Positions 12,550-23,695 of a stretch of DNA of 23,791 nt are shown in pieces. A program made the position numbers and the translations under genes. Source of the DNA: Catajapyx aquilonaris. Taxonomy: Eukaryota. How positions within the stretch are numbered: position 1 is the first letter of the stretch; each line of letters begins with the position of its first letter. The notes under the pieces were generated by a model that had not been told where the DNA came from, did not search any database, and was given only the letters and a program-made list of their open reading frames with translations. The DNA is taken from the NCBI GenBank assembly GCA_000934665.2, contig KZ538339.1:62001-85791 (forward strand), in the 5' to 3' direction.

Positions 12550-12585
12550 TTGTTCTCAATTTGGGTCTGCGCACTCGAGTGGAGC
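12544..12585 (+). other. Candidate 42-nt cryptic RS-exon/microexon following the ratchet point
   Basis: Bounded by the acceptor AG at 12542-12543 and donor GTAAGT at 12586-12591. The length is a multiple of 3. It is open in two phases (VSLFSIWVCALEWS; xEFVLNLGLRTRVE) and has an immediate TGA in the third. Confidence 0.6.
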
Positions 12586-14886
12586 GTAAGTACTCTCTGA
12601 ATTAAGCCGTATGCGAAACGTTGAATTACAGGGCCTAATGGTAATTGCCTGGAAGATTGCGATGCTGCAGGTTTAACTGCAAAACTTTTTATTTACTAAC
12701 GGATTAACATCACTTTTACTCGCAGAAATTGATTAGGTATCTACAATGGTTAACCAGACTTTATAACTAATTAAACCTGCACCAATATCAATCAATTTGC
12801 ATATAATATACCCATCACATTTGCACACGTTGTTATATAATTTAATTGCAATTGTGGTAATGTATGGAACACTAATATGGAATAGCCCGAGGGAATATTA
12901 TTATCCTGGCTTCCACGCAACCCTTGCTGCACTGTTGTTCACCACGCTGCCTACAACTCAGGGGCTACTTTTTTCCTGCGACAATGTTCTCTCCTTGTCT
13001 CTCTGACTCCTTTGGTTCCTCCAGGGAGAGGAAATAACAGCGCTCATTTTTCACTAGTCACCTTGGCGCCTATTTTCCAAACGAAGTCATGATGTGGGTC
13101 GTTACTCAGCTCGGAAACGAAGCTTGGCATCGTGTTCCATATGCCAGAGGGGGTGGTGGTGCTGCTGCTACCAGGAGAGAAAAAGGAAGTCTGAGACAGA
13201 AAAAAAATATGAGAAGAATAAAGGAACAGAGAGGAAGATCTTGCGCAAAAATGGTGCAAAAACACCTACTCAATGTCCTGAGGGCTGGAGCCTTATTTTC
13301 ATCTGGCTCAATTACAGCGTGGCATCTCAGGTAGAATAGGGTGAGGAATTATGTTGCTGCTGCATCCATTATCTCAGGCCTGGATGTCACTTCGACCCGA
13401 CCTTTCTCACTGCGAAAAGGTGGCGGTGTTGCCAGCTGCACATTTTGCACTGACACGATGTCGCCAATTCTTGAACTCACTTCATGGCAGCTCAGAAAAA
13501 GAGGGCACGAGCTCTTAGAAAGCCCTCCATTTTTCTTCCCTCCTTTTCTTTATAATTTTCCGGCGGCCTAGTCAACCCCCGAGGGACACTTTGCGCAATG
13601 ACTAATAATTAGGTGAAGAAAATGCGGGCCAAAAGTGGGCGAAGCCCATCATCACACTTTGATCGCCATCACGCACTCGCTCAGACCCCCTTCTTCCTAT
13701 TTTTTTTGCGGCCTGGGAAGAAGGAAGATGGGGGGAAGTAAGTGGGTAGCTACATAAGACTGAAGCCAAGGGAGGGTTCTTTATAGTTTTGGGGTGGAAA
13801 AGGAAGGGAGGGCCAAAGAAGGGGACTTGCCCGGGAGCAAATTGCGTCTTCTTTGCTTATGAAGAGCCCTGGGGAATGAAGTAGAGGTGGTAAGGAAAAG
13901 GGGGTGAAATTCTTGCTGCTTCCTTCATCAAAGTTTCAAGCCGCCAAAAACCTCCAAAGGAGCCGCCATATTAAAGCAATTAGGATCACGCCTTCACACC
14001 GGGATAGATAAACTTGCGAATAAAGACACGCTGGTGAGAACTAGCAACAATTTTCGGGTGCTGCTGGGGAGCAACACTTGTGATTCATCATGTGACTCAT
14101 AATTCGATTAAGGCGACAGAAAGGGGTGGGATTCACCTCCCTGGGCCCAATCGATTGATCTGCATAAATGGGGACAAATTGGGGGAGTGGATAGGGTCAT
14201 TGTTGGGGAAAGAGGGGAGATGGGTAAGTTCACAGCTTCGCACGTGGATTCGATAAAAAAAAGAGGAGACACAAACACGCTGTTGGAGATGCTGAGGGCT
14301 CCTCTAAGGAAGGCCATTTGCTTGGATCACTAACTCTCAACAGACATTCCTCTTAATGAAGTTTGCTTAGGATCAGAGGAGCAGACTGGCATTAAGCGGA
14401 CGTCTCTTTGTTGTCATCTCTCACGCACATTTGTGTTACACTTGCGATAAACCAATTTATGAAACATACAGTATAGAGCGATGCAAATGAAGGTGAGTTG
14501 GTCCTGCCATCTTTCGAGTCTCCCTCTGAAGCTAGGAGGGGCCTGATCGTTAAAAATGCAATTCTTAGTCAAGTGCTGGGCAATTCCTGGGGCTGATGAA
14601 TGGCAGACGGGAGGAAACGTGACGTGATAAGAGATGGTGTGGGGGAGCCCTGCCGGAACACAAAAGAAAATTCTGTGGCCACTTACTTCCTCCAACACTT
14701 TCCTGCTGCTCCCAAGGAAAAAAAATTTAAAGCGGAATTTTTTTAAGACAAGAGCCCTGCGGTTTCTGAGATTTTTTTGAAAGTGTCCGTGACTGATTTG
14801 GCCGCGACGTTTGAAGGCAGACGTTTAGTTAGGTTGGAAAGATGGAGACGTGTCCCAAAGGTCTCCTTGCAAAAGCCAGAGAAAGA

Positions 14887-14945
14887 TGGTATAGGTCAGG
14901 GCACGTGGCAGACTGCGAACTAAAAGAGCTCTTGGCTCGACCTCC
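14887..14945 (+). mobile_element. Possible highly decayed tRNA-derived SINE head
   Basis: TGGTATAGG...CAGACTGCGAA...GAGCTCTTGGCTCGACCTCC follows the order of the intact SINE head TGGTGTAGG...CAGACTGCTAA...GAGGTCCTGGGATCAAATCC. No body, tail or TSD was found. Confidence 0.3.
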
Positions 14946-17900
14946 GCTCCGAAAATGAACGGAAGGCCAACCGGAACATTTGGGACCAATCAAAGGCGCG
15001 CCTTGTTCGCGACGGAGACTAATTAAGTTGGCTCAACTCTTCTTAATCAATTGAGGACTGAAAAGGAGGAAAGGAAAGCTCCCGGTATTGAATCGACACT
15101 CGTCCCTTACTCGCATTAAAGCTGACTTCTCCCTTGTCTATCTCTCGATTCTCATGAACGTAGCAACTGGCTGCTGGAGTGAACAATCTTTGGACAGTAG
15201 ACAAACCTGAAACTGGACTCAAAAATAGTATGAAAAATATCTGTATTGGCCCATCGAAATTGGGCATACATACACTGTGTTGTTGCCGGAAGCATCTGTA
15301 GAGAATGTGAGATTGTAAACAAATAAAAAATTCATATGCACAGTAATCAGCCTCGATGTACAATGCGGAGTTCAGGGTATTGTGTACGGCACAACGCTGT
15401 TTTGGCGAAATCGATGAAAGAATCTTTTCGAAAAAACAAAATAATGAAATATTGAATTGAATTCGTATTATACTTCATCGATCATGCAAACACTGTAGGC
15501 TATGGGCGTTATCTGAAATTGTGCAATGAGTTTTCTATCGGTAATCATTTTGCGTATTGTTCAGTGGAGAGCATATTTTTACTCTGATGGGAATAGGTTT
15601 TGTACTTCTAACGGGCACTTAACAGTTGCCCATATTTTAAAATAAGAACACGTTTTATTTACAAATGAGAGCATAGTTACTAATACGATAATCTTTGAAT
15701 TTCTACTCTCACATTGCCCAATTGCATGAAGGAAAATTCCGCTCTTCATGACATGTGATTAAAGCTTTTCTCTACATTTTAGTTGATAAAACTGGCTCTT
15801 AGCGTGTTGCAGCAAACACACTCTAGAATGGGCCAAGTTTTATCAGCTAATGCCTTAAAAGCTGACTACTTATCTGCAGTATGCTAACACCACTAGAGTG
15901 AAGTTGCGAGCTTGTTTTATGGGTAAAGTCTAACTGCGATATGTCTGAAGAGCCCCCCGTGTTGAGGAGATTCTAATGAGCTCTTACATCCGGTTTCATT
16001 ATTTATGAATCTAGTAAAAGCAACAAACTATATGAAGTTCACTAGAAGCACGATGGAAATTTTCATGCTCGTTTTGTGTCGACTGACATGCCCGCTTTTC
16101 TGGAGTATAAAAAAGAGGGGGGGGGGATGTAACGAGAGCGCATTCTACAAGCAACTTTGTGTAAGTAACTATTCAGAAAACTCAAAAGTTAACCATTACT
16201 TATTAAGCAAAAAAGTATAAAATGCTGCCGAGAGAAAACTTTTCAACCGCGTTTCCTCCCTTCAAAAAAATACGTGATGGCGGGGAAAAAAACTTTTCTT
16301 CTCCTCCCAACATATTATGAAGGCCCCCGGAATTGGAAACCGAAAAGCTGAACGATTTTATCCCCCAAGCCTTAGTCTGTGATTTTGGGCGGTGGTTTCA
16401 ACTAAGTAGTCATTCTTCTCATCGCGACCTGTCCTCAGGTAAAATTGCTTCAACTTTTTTTTTGCCCCCCCCCCCTTCCCCACGCCATCGGGGGGGATTT
16501 AATTTTCGCGTGGCCTCATTCTTTCTTCGCATGCGAATGACTTGCATGAGGCTTCAGAAGATTTCCCCCCCTCACCATCCTATTGGTCGGATACTCCCAA
16601 AAAAACGAAGAAGTTTTGAGAGAAAAGGGCCATTTTTTTTTTTGCAAAGTTAGTTGGATCGATGAAGGCGGCCCAAAGTAGTCCGTAGGAACAATAGCTT
16701 GTTCTCAATATCGCCTATTGGGAAAGCCTTTTTTTTCCTAGGGAAAGAAAGGCACGTTGGAATTACATATTGACAGATCGGAAGCCATTTTTTCATCCAT
16801 AATTCATGGTCATTTCATATCCCCCGAAACCGGCTCAGTTTTTTTTCCCTCTCCCGATCTAAATTATTCACTCCCAAGTACAAATCAACGTTTTAAATGA
16901 CACGTTTTGGCAAAATGTGGGTCAACACTTTTTATTTCAAACGTCGCTTAATGGGAGCAAGCCTGGAGTTTTCTATAGCCAACTAATTGGGTACAATCCT
17001 CCGACTTGATAGTCTATTCTCAGGAGATCAATTACACTTTAATAACGTTCTAATGTCTCGTTCCTTTCTCTTGCTCCCCCCCCCCCTCCGTATTCAATCC
17101 GTCCCATTTGGCTCTACGTATATATAGTCCCGACTCCGGGAGTGAATCCGGACTAATGAAAGTCACCTCCGGACTGCCTAATCTATAGTCCTCCCTCACC
17201 CTCTCTTCGCACTAGCCAAATTGAACTACTCGGCAGCAGCAGAGAGCAAGGGGCCACAATAGGGGGGTATACCCAACCTCTACACCTCGTCTCCATTACG
17301 AAACCCATTTCCATCAGTCCAAGGCAACTCTGGCTACTCCACTCAAGCAGAGGGTGTGTTTGCGTTCCTTTGGCAATTCTCTCCGAGTTGGCGATAATTA
17401 CTTTCCAGGGGGGAGGTGCTGGAAGCAAAACAACAAGACTGAAGCACTCGCCCTCAGGCTGGATGTAACATTTTTTGGAACACCCGGTACTTTTCAAGAA
17501 ATTCTTTCAACCTAATCAGAATTAGGCCTTTTTCTCATCGAATAAAAGGCTTATATAGAACTGCTTTGTCCGTCTGTCTGTGTGGTTGTATCGCATCGGG
17601 TTTGTCAACCTCATTTCCCACTGCCCCATGAGAAAAAAAGTCTACTCGAATCACTCTCGCGTGATCTTGTTTTCAGTGGATTAGCGCAACGACTGAACCG
17701 GATTTAAGCTTTCAGTTTACCCACCTTGTGATTACAAGTCCATTAACTGACCATTAAGGTATGGATTGACCCGTGCAGGTCACCGGATATCCGTATTGAC
17801 AACCTGCCAAGAACTGGGGGGGAAAGGGAACTCGGAATTTGGCCAGGCAATGAGAGGAAACCCTTCTTGTGAGTAAAGGGGAGGAAAAAAAAAGCAAACC

Positions 17901-18860
17901 CCCTCCATACTTGGAAATGGAAATGCCCTCCTTTTAAGCCAGTTGGGCATCCGCCCGAGCTATCCATCTTGAGAGGAGGTCGAGGAGATCCGCTCTTCTT
18001 GCGGCTTGCAAAAGGCAGTTGGTGGGACAAAAGCAGCTTGTAAAAGAAGCCGCCTTGCATCCTTTTGCGATTTTTATACAAATACGACTCGTATATATAT
18101 AAAAAAAAGAAAGGAAGGCGGAGGGAAAGGCGGATATTTATGGAGGGTTGGGCTTATATGCAGTTGCAGGGGAGGGTTGCAAGAAGGAAAATGCACTATT
18201 AATGTTCCAGAAGGAGAGATCTTCCTCCTTTTTTTAAACTTCTTTTTTTTAAATATAGGAGGGTCGTACATCAGCTGCAAAGTGGAGGTGCACTTAAGGC
18301 TTTAAGGCGGCAATGGCGGTTGCTTTGATGAAGTATAGATGACGTTGGGAATCGCAAGGTTGTCAGGTGACGGAACCTGAAATATTAGCGAGGATTTTCC
18401 AATAAACTTTCGAACTTAGAGGCTATAAAAATATTAATTGAATAGAAGCATCATTCAAACTAACTTGGGAAACACGCAGTATAGGCTGTAGTGCACTGTA
18501 CCCAGTAGACTATTAAACCGAGACTTTCAAGTGCGTATAGTTGTGTGTAATAAAGCCAGGACCCTAATGATATATTTTCTGTTTCTCTGCTAGACTGGGA
18601 GCTTCTGGTAATATGTAGTTGTTACCGTCGAATTTGATCTCCATTACGGCGTATAATTTTGGTCTCGCTAATTGGCCTAAGCCTGATGCTTGGCAACCTA
18701 ATAAGTAAGGGGCGGAAAATTCCGTATTTGGAACAAGCATCTTACTAAATCCACTTGGCCTGGTTTGTAAACAGTAATCAGCATTGCCCCCAGAACGTTA
18801 TAGAGAAACCTGCTTTCGTTCCGAAGCAATCCGTACTCAACATATATTTGTTATGTACAG

Positions 18861-19200
18861 CAAAAAATTGCATAAATTAATTATGCATTTTGTGGGCTGA
18901 CTCTGCACTGCAGGCTAAGTTTTATTATGTGCTTCCAAAGGAAAATTGAATGAATTATGAATCCATGTGGCTGCTATGCTGACAAAACTGCAATGTGAAT
19001 GACAGAACCATTCTATAAAAAATTGAAAATTCAAACATTTGCGCATACATCGCAATGGCTACCATTCGTCTATAGGGAAATAAGTTAGTGGGGCAACTAT
19101 ATTCTCCCAGAAAATTTCTAACTACAAGTTAGTTATACTTGCACTAATTTGTTTATAAGTTACTGCCCATGTCCACTGTTTTAATTGATCGTTTTCTTAA
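18861..19200 (+). repeat. Left arm of a long diverged inverted repeat (AT-rich interspersed repeat or long TIR)
   Basis: Colinear reverse-complement blocks with the right arm: 18861-18873/20725-20737 (13/13), 18951-18970/20609-20628 (20/20), 19049-19072/20494-20517 (23/24), 19108-19127/20409-20428 (19/20). Boundaries are approximate. Confidence 0.9.
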
Positions 19201-20020
19201 CTTTGGAATCACGTCAACATTGTTGTCATTTACAAAATGTCGCCATAACTTCTGAAAAAAGGTGATGTCGTTTCAAATTGTGTTGCGATATGCATGTAAG
19301 CAGACTTGTATTGCCATGTCGCATTGTTCACTGCCATGTTTTACATGCACCAGCTACCATGTTACTCCTAATAAGCATGGACATCGTGCATGAATATTTG
19401 ATACCTTCTTTGCCTGTAGACAAGGGCTCCCTCTTCCATGGTTGCATCTTGATCCATTTCCCTTCCAACTACGAAACCGTTCAGATGACAGTGATCCGCT
19501 TTCCTTTGAGAGCCTCGTGAAGTGCGCTTTAACATCCATAATGATGATAATCACGGGAAAGCCGTTCCATTAATTAAACATACTTCATTTAAAGTGGAAA
19601 GTGGGGGCTGGGGGAGGTTTCTGACGAAAGAAGAGGGGAGGGGAGGTGGGGAGTTTTTTTTTTTTAAACATACCGGGTATAAAAACCCAACAGCGGGGGT
19701 GGGCTACACGACATCATTGCATAAAATTCAGCAGAGCGGAAACTGAAGAGCTCAGTGGAAGCTTATCGAGTAACTCCATCACTAGCCTAATTATCTTCAG
19801 CTGCTGGTTTTCTCTTAACCTCGGGGGACAAGCAAATAGCTCGCCATTTCATCTGCACTTTCCCGTTCAACAAATGGACTCCACTTTTTAAAGCCGCACC
19901 AACCTCTGTGTATTAGCATATAGACCCGGTTTTATCATAAACACTATCAAAACAACAGATTCCTATCCGATCACATTCCGAAGAAAAAAAATAGTTCAAA
20001 AGAAACCCTCTTTTTGAACT

Positions 20021-20737
20021 ATGGACGTGAATAATAACTTGTGTATGTATCAAGTCAATAATTCGATTAGTCCAAACATCAATAAATTGTAGGTAACCGA
20101 AGCAGGTTGGTGTAGGGGTTAAGGAGCCAGACTGCTAATCGGGAGGTCCTGGGATCAAATCCCCGGGCCGGCAACTCTGACCGTGGTTTTCTGTGGTTTC
20201 CCACGGTCCCTCCAGGAAAATTCCGGAGTTGTTTCCGTAATTAACAGGCCACAGCCGCTTTCTTCCTTCCCTATCCCTTCCCAAAAAGCGAAGCAAAAAG
20301 TAAAAAGACAAGAGTTCCTGACAAAAAAAAATTGGGATGAACTCCCCCCCTAAGAGAGCCAATGGCTCTATCACGGGGTAAATTATTATTATTATATTAT
20401 TAAAAAAATTGTAGGTAGAAATTTTCTGATGAAATAAATATGAACCTATATTTTAACTGGCGGCACTTAAAAGACGAGTTTTATTTATTTCCCTAGACGA
20501 ATGGTCGCCATTGCGATATATATACGTAGTTCAAATGTTTGAGTTTTCAATTTTTTATGCTGTAGTTTTTCCACTCATATTGCAGTTTTGACTCGTCAGC
20601 ATAGTAGCCCACATGGATTCATAATTCAAACCCATTTCTCTTTGTAAGCACGTAATAAAACTTAATAGTGCAGGGAATTGTGTTTGGAAAGGACGGCAAA
20701 CAAAAGGAGCAAATAAACGAATTAATGCAATTTTTTG
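20021..20737 (-). repeat. Right arm of the long inverted repeat, interrupted by a SINE at 20096-20405
   Basis: Same blocks as the left arm. Similarity resumes on the far side of the SINE: ATTAGTCCAAACATCAATAAATTGTAG vs left-arm reverse complement ATTAGTGCAAGTATAACTAACTTGTAG, and TGGACGTGAATAATAACTT vs TGGACATGGGCAGTAACTT. Confidence 0.88.
20096..20405 (+). mobile_element. Full-length tRNA-derived SINE (~310 bp) with 12-bp target-site duplication
   Basis: Pol III A-box-like TGGTGTAGGGG (20108-20118) and B-box-like GGATCAAATCC (20152-20162). The body GGTTTTCTGTGGTTTCCC...CCAGGAAAATTCCGG...GGCCACAGCCGCTTTCTTCC resembles, from recall, the core of Lm1/Talua-type insect SINEs. There is a 3' stem-loop AGAGCC-AAT-GGCTCT (20355-20369) and an (ATT)n/A tail (~20381-20405). 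The exact TSD AAATTGTAGGTA lies at 20084-20095 and 20406-20417. Confidence 0.93.
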
Positions 20738-23695
20738 AGAAAAATATTGCATGTAACCTATTGTTTTTTAAAAGGTTCCTGCATATTCCATCTTTGATTT
20801 TATGTTCTGAAATAATGTTAGGAACCTCATTTATTATCATATTTTACACATGTTATAATTATTGTCCTTTTTTTACTGAAGTAGTTAGTCGGGGAAATTT
20901 CACCCGTGCAATCCTCATACAATATACTGTGTGATTCATCATACCTTTCGGCAACATTGGTTACTTGACACACCAATAATGATTAGCCGGCTAGTTATGT
21001 CATTCACGCGAAAGAACTTGCTATTAATCACATTTTAAAAAGTTTTCATACGCGATCCCCCCTCCCACCACCCCCAAAAATTCCAGGCAACAATTTTGGC
21101 CCAAGTAGGCTACTGCCATTTTCATCGAAAACTTTGGTGGTGGGGGAGGCTCGCCGGAGCGCAAAGTAGTTCTCTGGAGTTAGACGCGAATCGATTATGA
21201 AGTCCACCTGACGTGCGAAACGAGGCGAACGGCTCTGCAAAATGTGCAAAGTTGATTTTGATGCGGCGGCGATGCAATTGCCTCGGCTGCTAATTGCAGC
21301 AGCGCGCACTTGATCCCCTTACCCGAAGCTGATGCTCCGGCTAGATGGGGAGAAATAGCAAAAAAAATTTTCTGTTGCAGATTTTTTATAATCACAATTC
21401 GGTGTAAAAACGGACTCGAATCAGCTGGGTCGCACCTTTCTGGCGCTATGCGATTTTTGACCTGGCAGTGATCGCTGCTACTAGTGATAGCAGTGATTAA
21501 TAGCAGTGAAGAATGGCAGCTCATTTTTTTTAGCTGTTTGTGCCGTTTCTACCAACCGGTACTACTGGAGCTAGTTACTTAAAGCGACATTTGTCACACG
21601 CTTAACTGTGAAGGACAATGCAAATGAAGAGACGATTGTAGTGGGACTGGCATGGCCTGCCAGGAATAGGTCGTCTTATGCTTTATTAACAGGGTTTTGG
21701 TGGAGTTGGAAAGGTAGGGTGGGTGTGGTACGGGGGGAGGGGGGGTTTGAAGGAAGAAGAGAGGAGTAAACCTTCCAAGACTCTGAGAGAGAAAGGCAAC
21801 TCCCAAGCCAACTCAAGAGGCAAAGGGGGGGAAACAATCTCCTCTTTTCCGCCTCTTGGGACCAAATTAAATTATACCCTAAGAATGCACACGGATGGTT
21901 TTGCCCTCTTGGCCCACGTTGCCAAACTGTGGGTGGGGGGATACAAATAAGTATATGGTTTGCATTGAGAGCAGCAGCAGCCGCCTCAGGCCGATTATGC
22001 CTCGTTATTTATTCAGAACCGTTTGTATTTGTACAGTACACCTATACCCGGTTCAGGATGCCAGACCTCGTGGGAGCGGGGCATTAAAAATTATAGCTGG
22101 AGAAGTGGATGCGAGAGACATATTTTATGGGCCACTATACTGTATGGTTTGCACTGGAAGGGACGTGCCTAAAGAGTACAGTATAGTTGTTACTTCATTT
22201 TTGGGCAAAACTCTGCAGGAAAGTAGCAGAATGGAAAAGCGAACATTATATTTTGTAATGGGCCATTTAATGCTTGTATTGTCAGTCTGATTCAACTGCT
22301 CAAAAATGAATTGAAATTGGCCAACCTTCCTGCAACTCTCCACTAATTGCAGCACAGCTCAGTTTGACTTTTGACCAACGGCCGGATCCATGCCAAATTC
22401 AACGTGTAAATAGATGTGAAAGGCGTCTGCCTGTTGGCCCTCCCATCCTGTCCCAAAATTTACCTACGAAGGCTTGGCAACACGGGCCATGATTAATTGG
22501 GAAACTTGGACGCAGCCGTTGGTAAAGCTGACAGGCTTATTAGAAGCTTCCATCATCCTTCCTGACAGTTCTTTCTCTCCCACCGTGTGCTCTTGTTTTC
22601 ACGGGGAGCCCTTGGAAAATAAATAGGGGCGGGGTTTGTGGGGTGTGGAGGATGACAAAGACGCCGCCTGTTTTTCACCTTAGATCTGTATTTTCCCAAG
22701 AGGACATATGATCTGAGCTTATTGGAATTCAATAGAAACATGGCGGTAAAAAAATTGATTAAAAATTAAGATAATGCTTGAAAGTGTCAACAATAATTTT
22801 CCATATTGACCTGCTGTTGTGAAGAGATCCTTATAGGAGAAGAAGCATTGAAAGTGGAAGGGAGATGGTTTTTGGGGAGGGTTGGACCATTAGCATTAAT
22901 TTCCCAGCGGAGTCTAGCCGCACCAAATAATGGCGTAAAGCTTTTCGGAGCGAGCATTACTCCTGCAGTGCGGAATGAGGCCACTTATGAGGAATTCGGA
23001 GGGAGGGGGGGGAAAAGGTCCTTTTGTCCCCCCGTATCCTTGCTCCGGAATCAGAGTTTTCCAGGATTTGGGAAGGTAGTGGGACCCACCGGAGTGACGG
23101 AGAGAGACAGAATCTCTAGCTCTTTTCCCCACGCTGCCATGTGTGTTTATTTATACGGTTTTCTGGTGACGTGCGGAGTAAATTAAAGCGTGCGCCTGGA
23201 GGCCCCATTTCCGGGACCTCTAGAACCGGGAATATTTCCCAGCAGAGCGGTAAATTGGTGCCCGACTCCCAACTAACAGACACTCTTTGAGGACATTTTT
23301 TTTCTATGCACCAACTTTGAAGCGACCAGGTAAACAATATACATATAATATGTATTCCTATTTAATTACATATTCCTCCCTCCCTTTTTTCTGCTCGTAA
23401 ATAACAGTGACATGAACGTTTTGAACTTGGCCAGCTTGGTTGGCATTATTTACCAAACTGGGAGCGAGCCCGGGCAGGTTCATTAGTCAACAAAAAAGGG
23501 ACCCATCAATTTGAATGGGTCAAGACAACCGGGCTTGGCTCGCCAGGCACGATTGTGGTGCGCCGCTTTGGAACCAGGAACTAAATAGAACCGTTTCAGG
23601 GATTGGACGTTACCTTTTTTTTTGAGAGAACTGCTTTAGAGAGAACTACTGTGTAGCCTACAAGGTGTTTCAAAATGCTGCAATATTATACTACA

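Noticed and set aside
17125..17155. Imperfect hairpin TAGTCCCGACTC/GAATCCGGACTA
   Set aside because: Only 10/12 pair, and there are no supporting element boundaries.
20096..20170. Functional tRNA gene
   Set aside because: The anticodon stem is weak, the B box deviates (GGATCAA instead of GGTTCRA), and it continues into a SINE body, tail and TSD.
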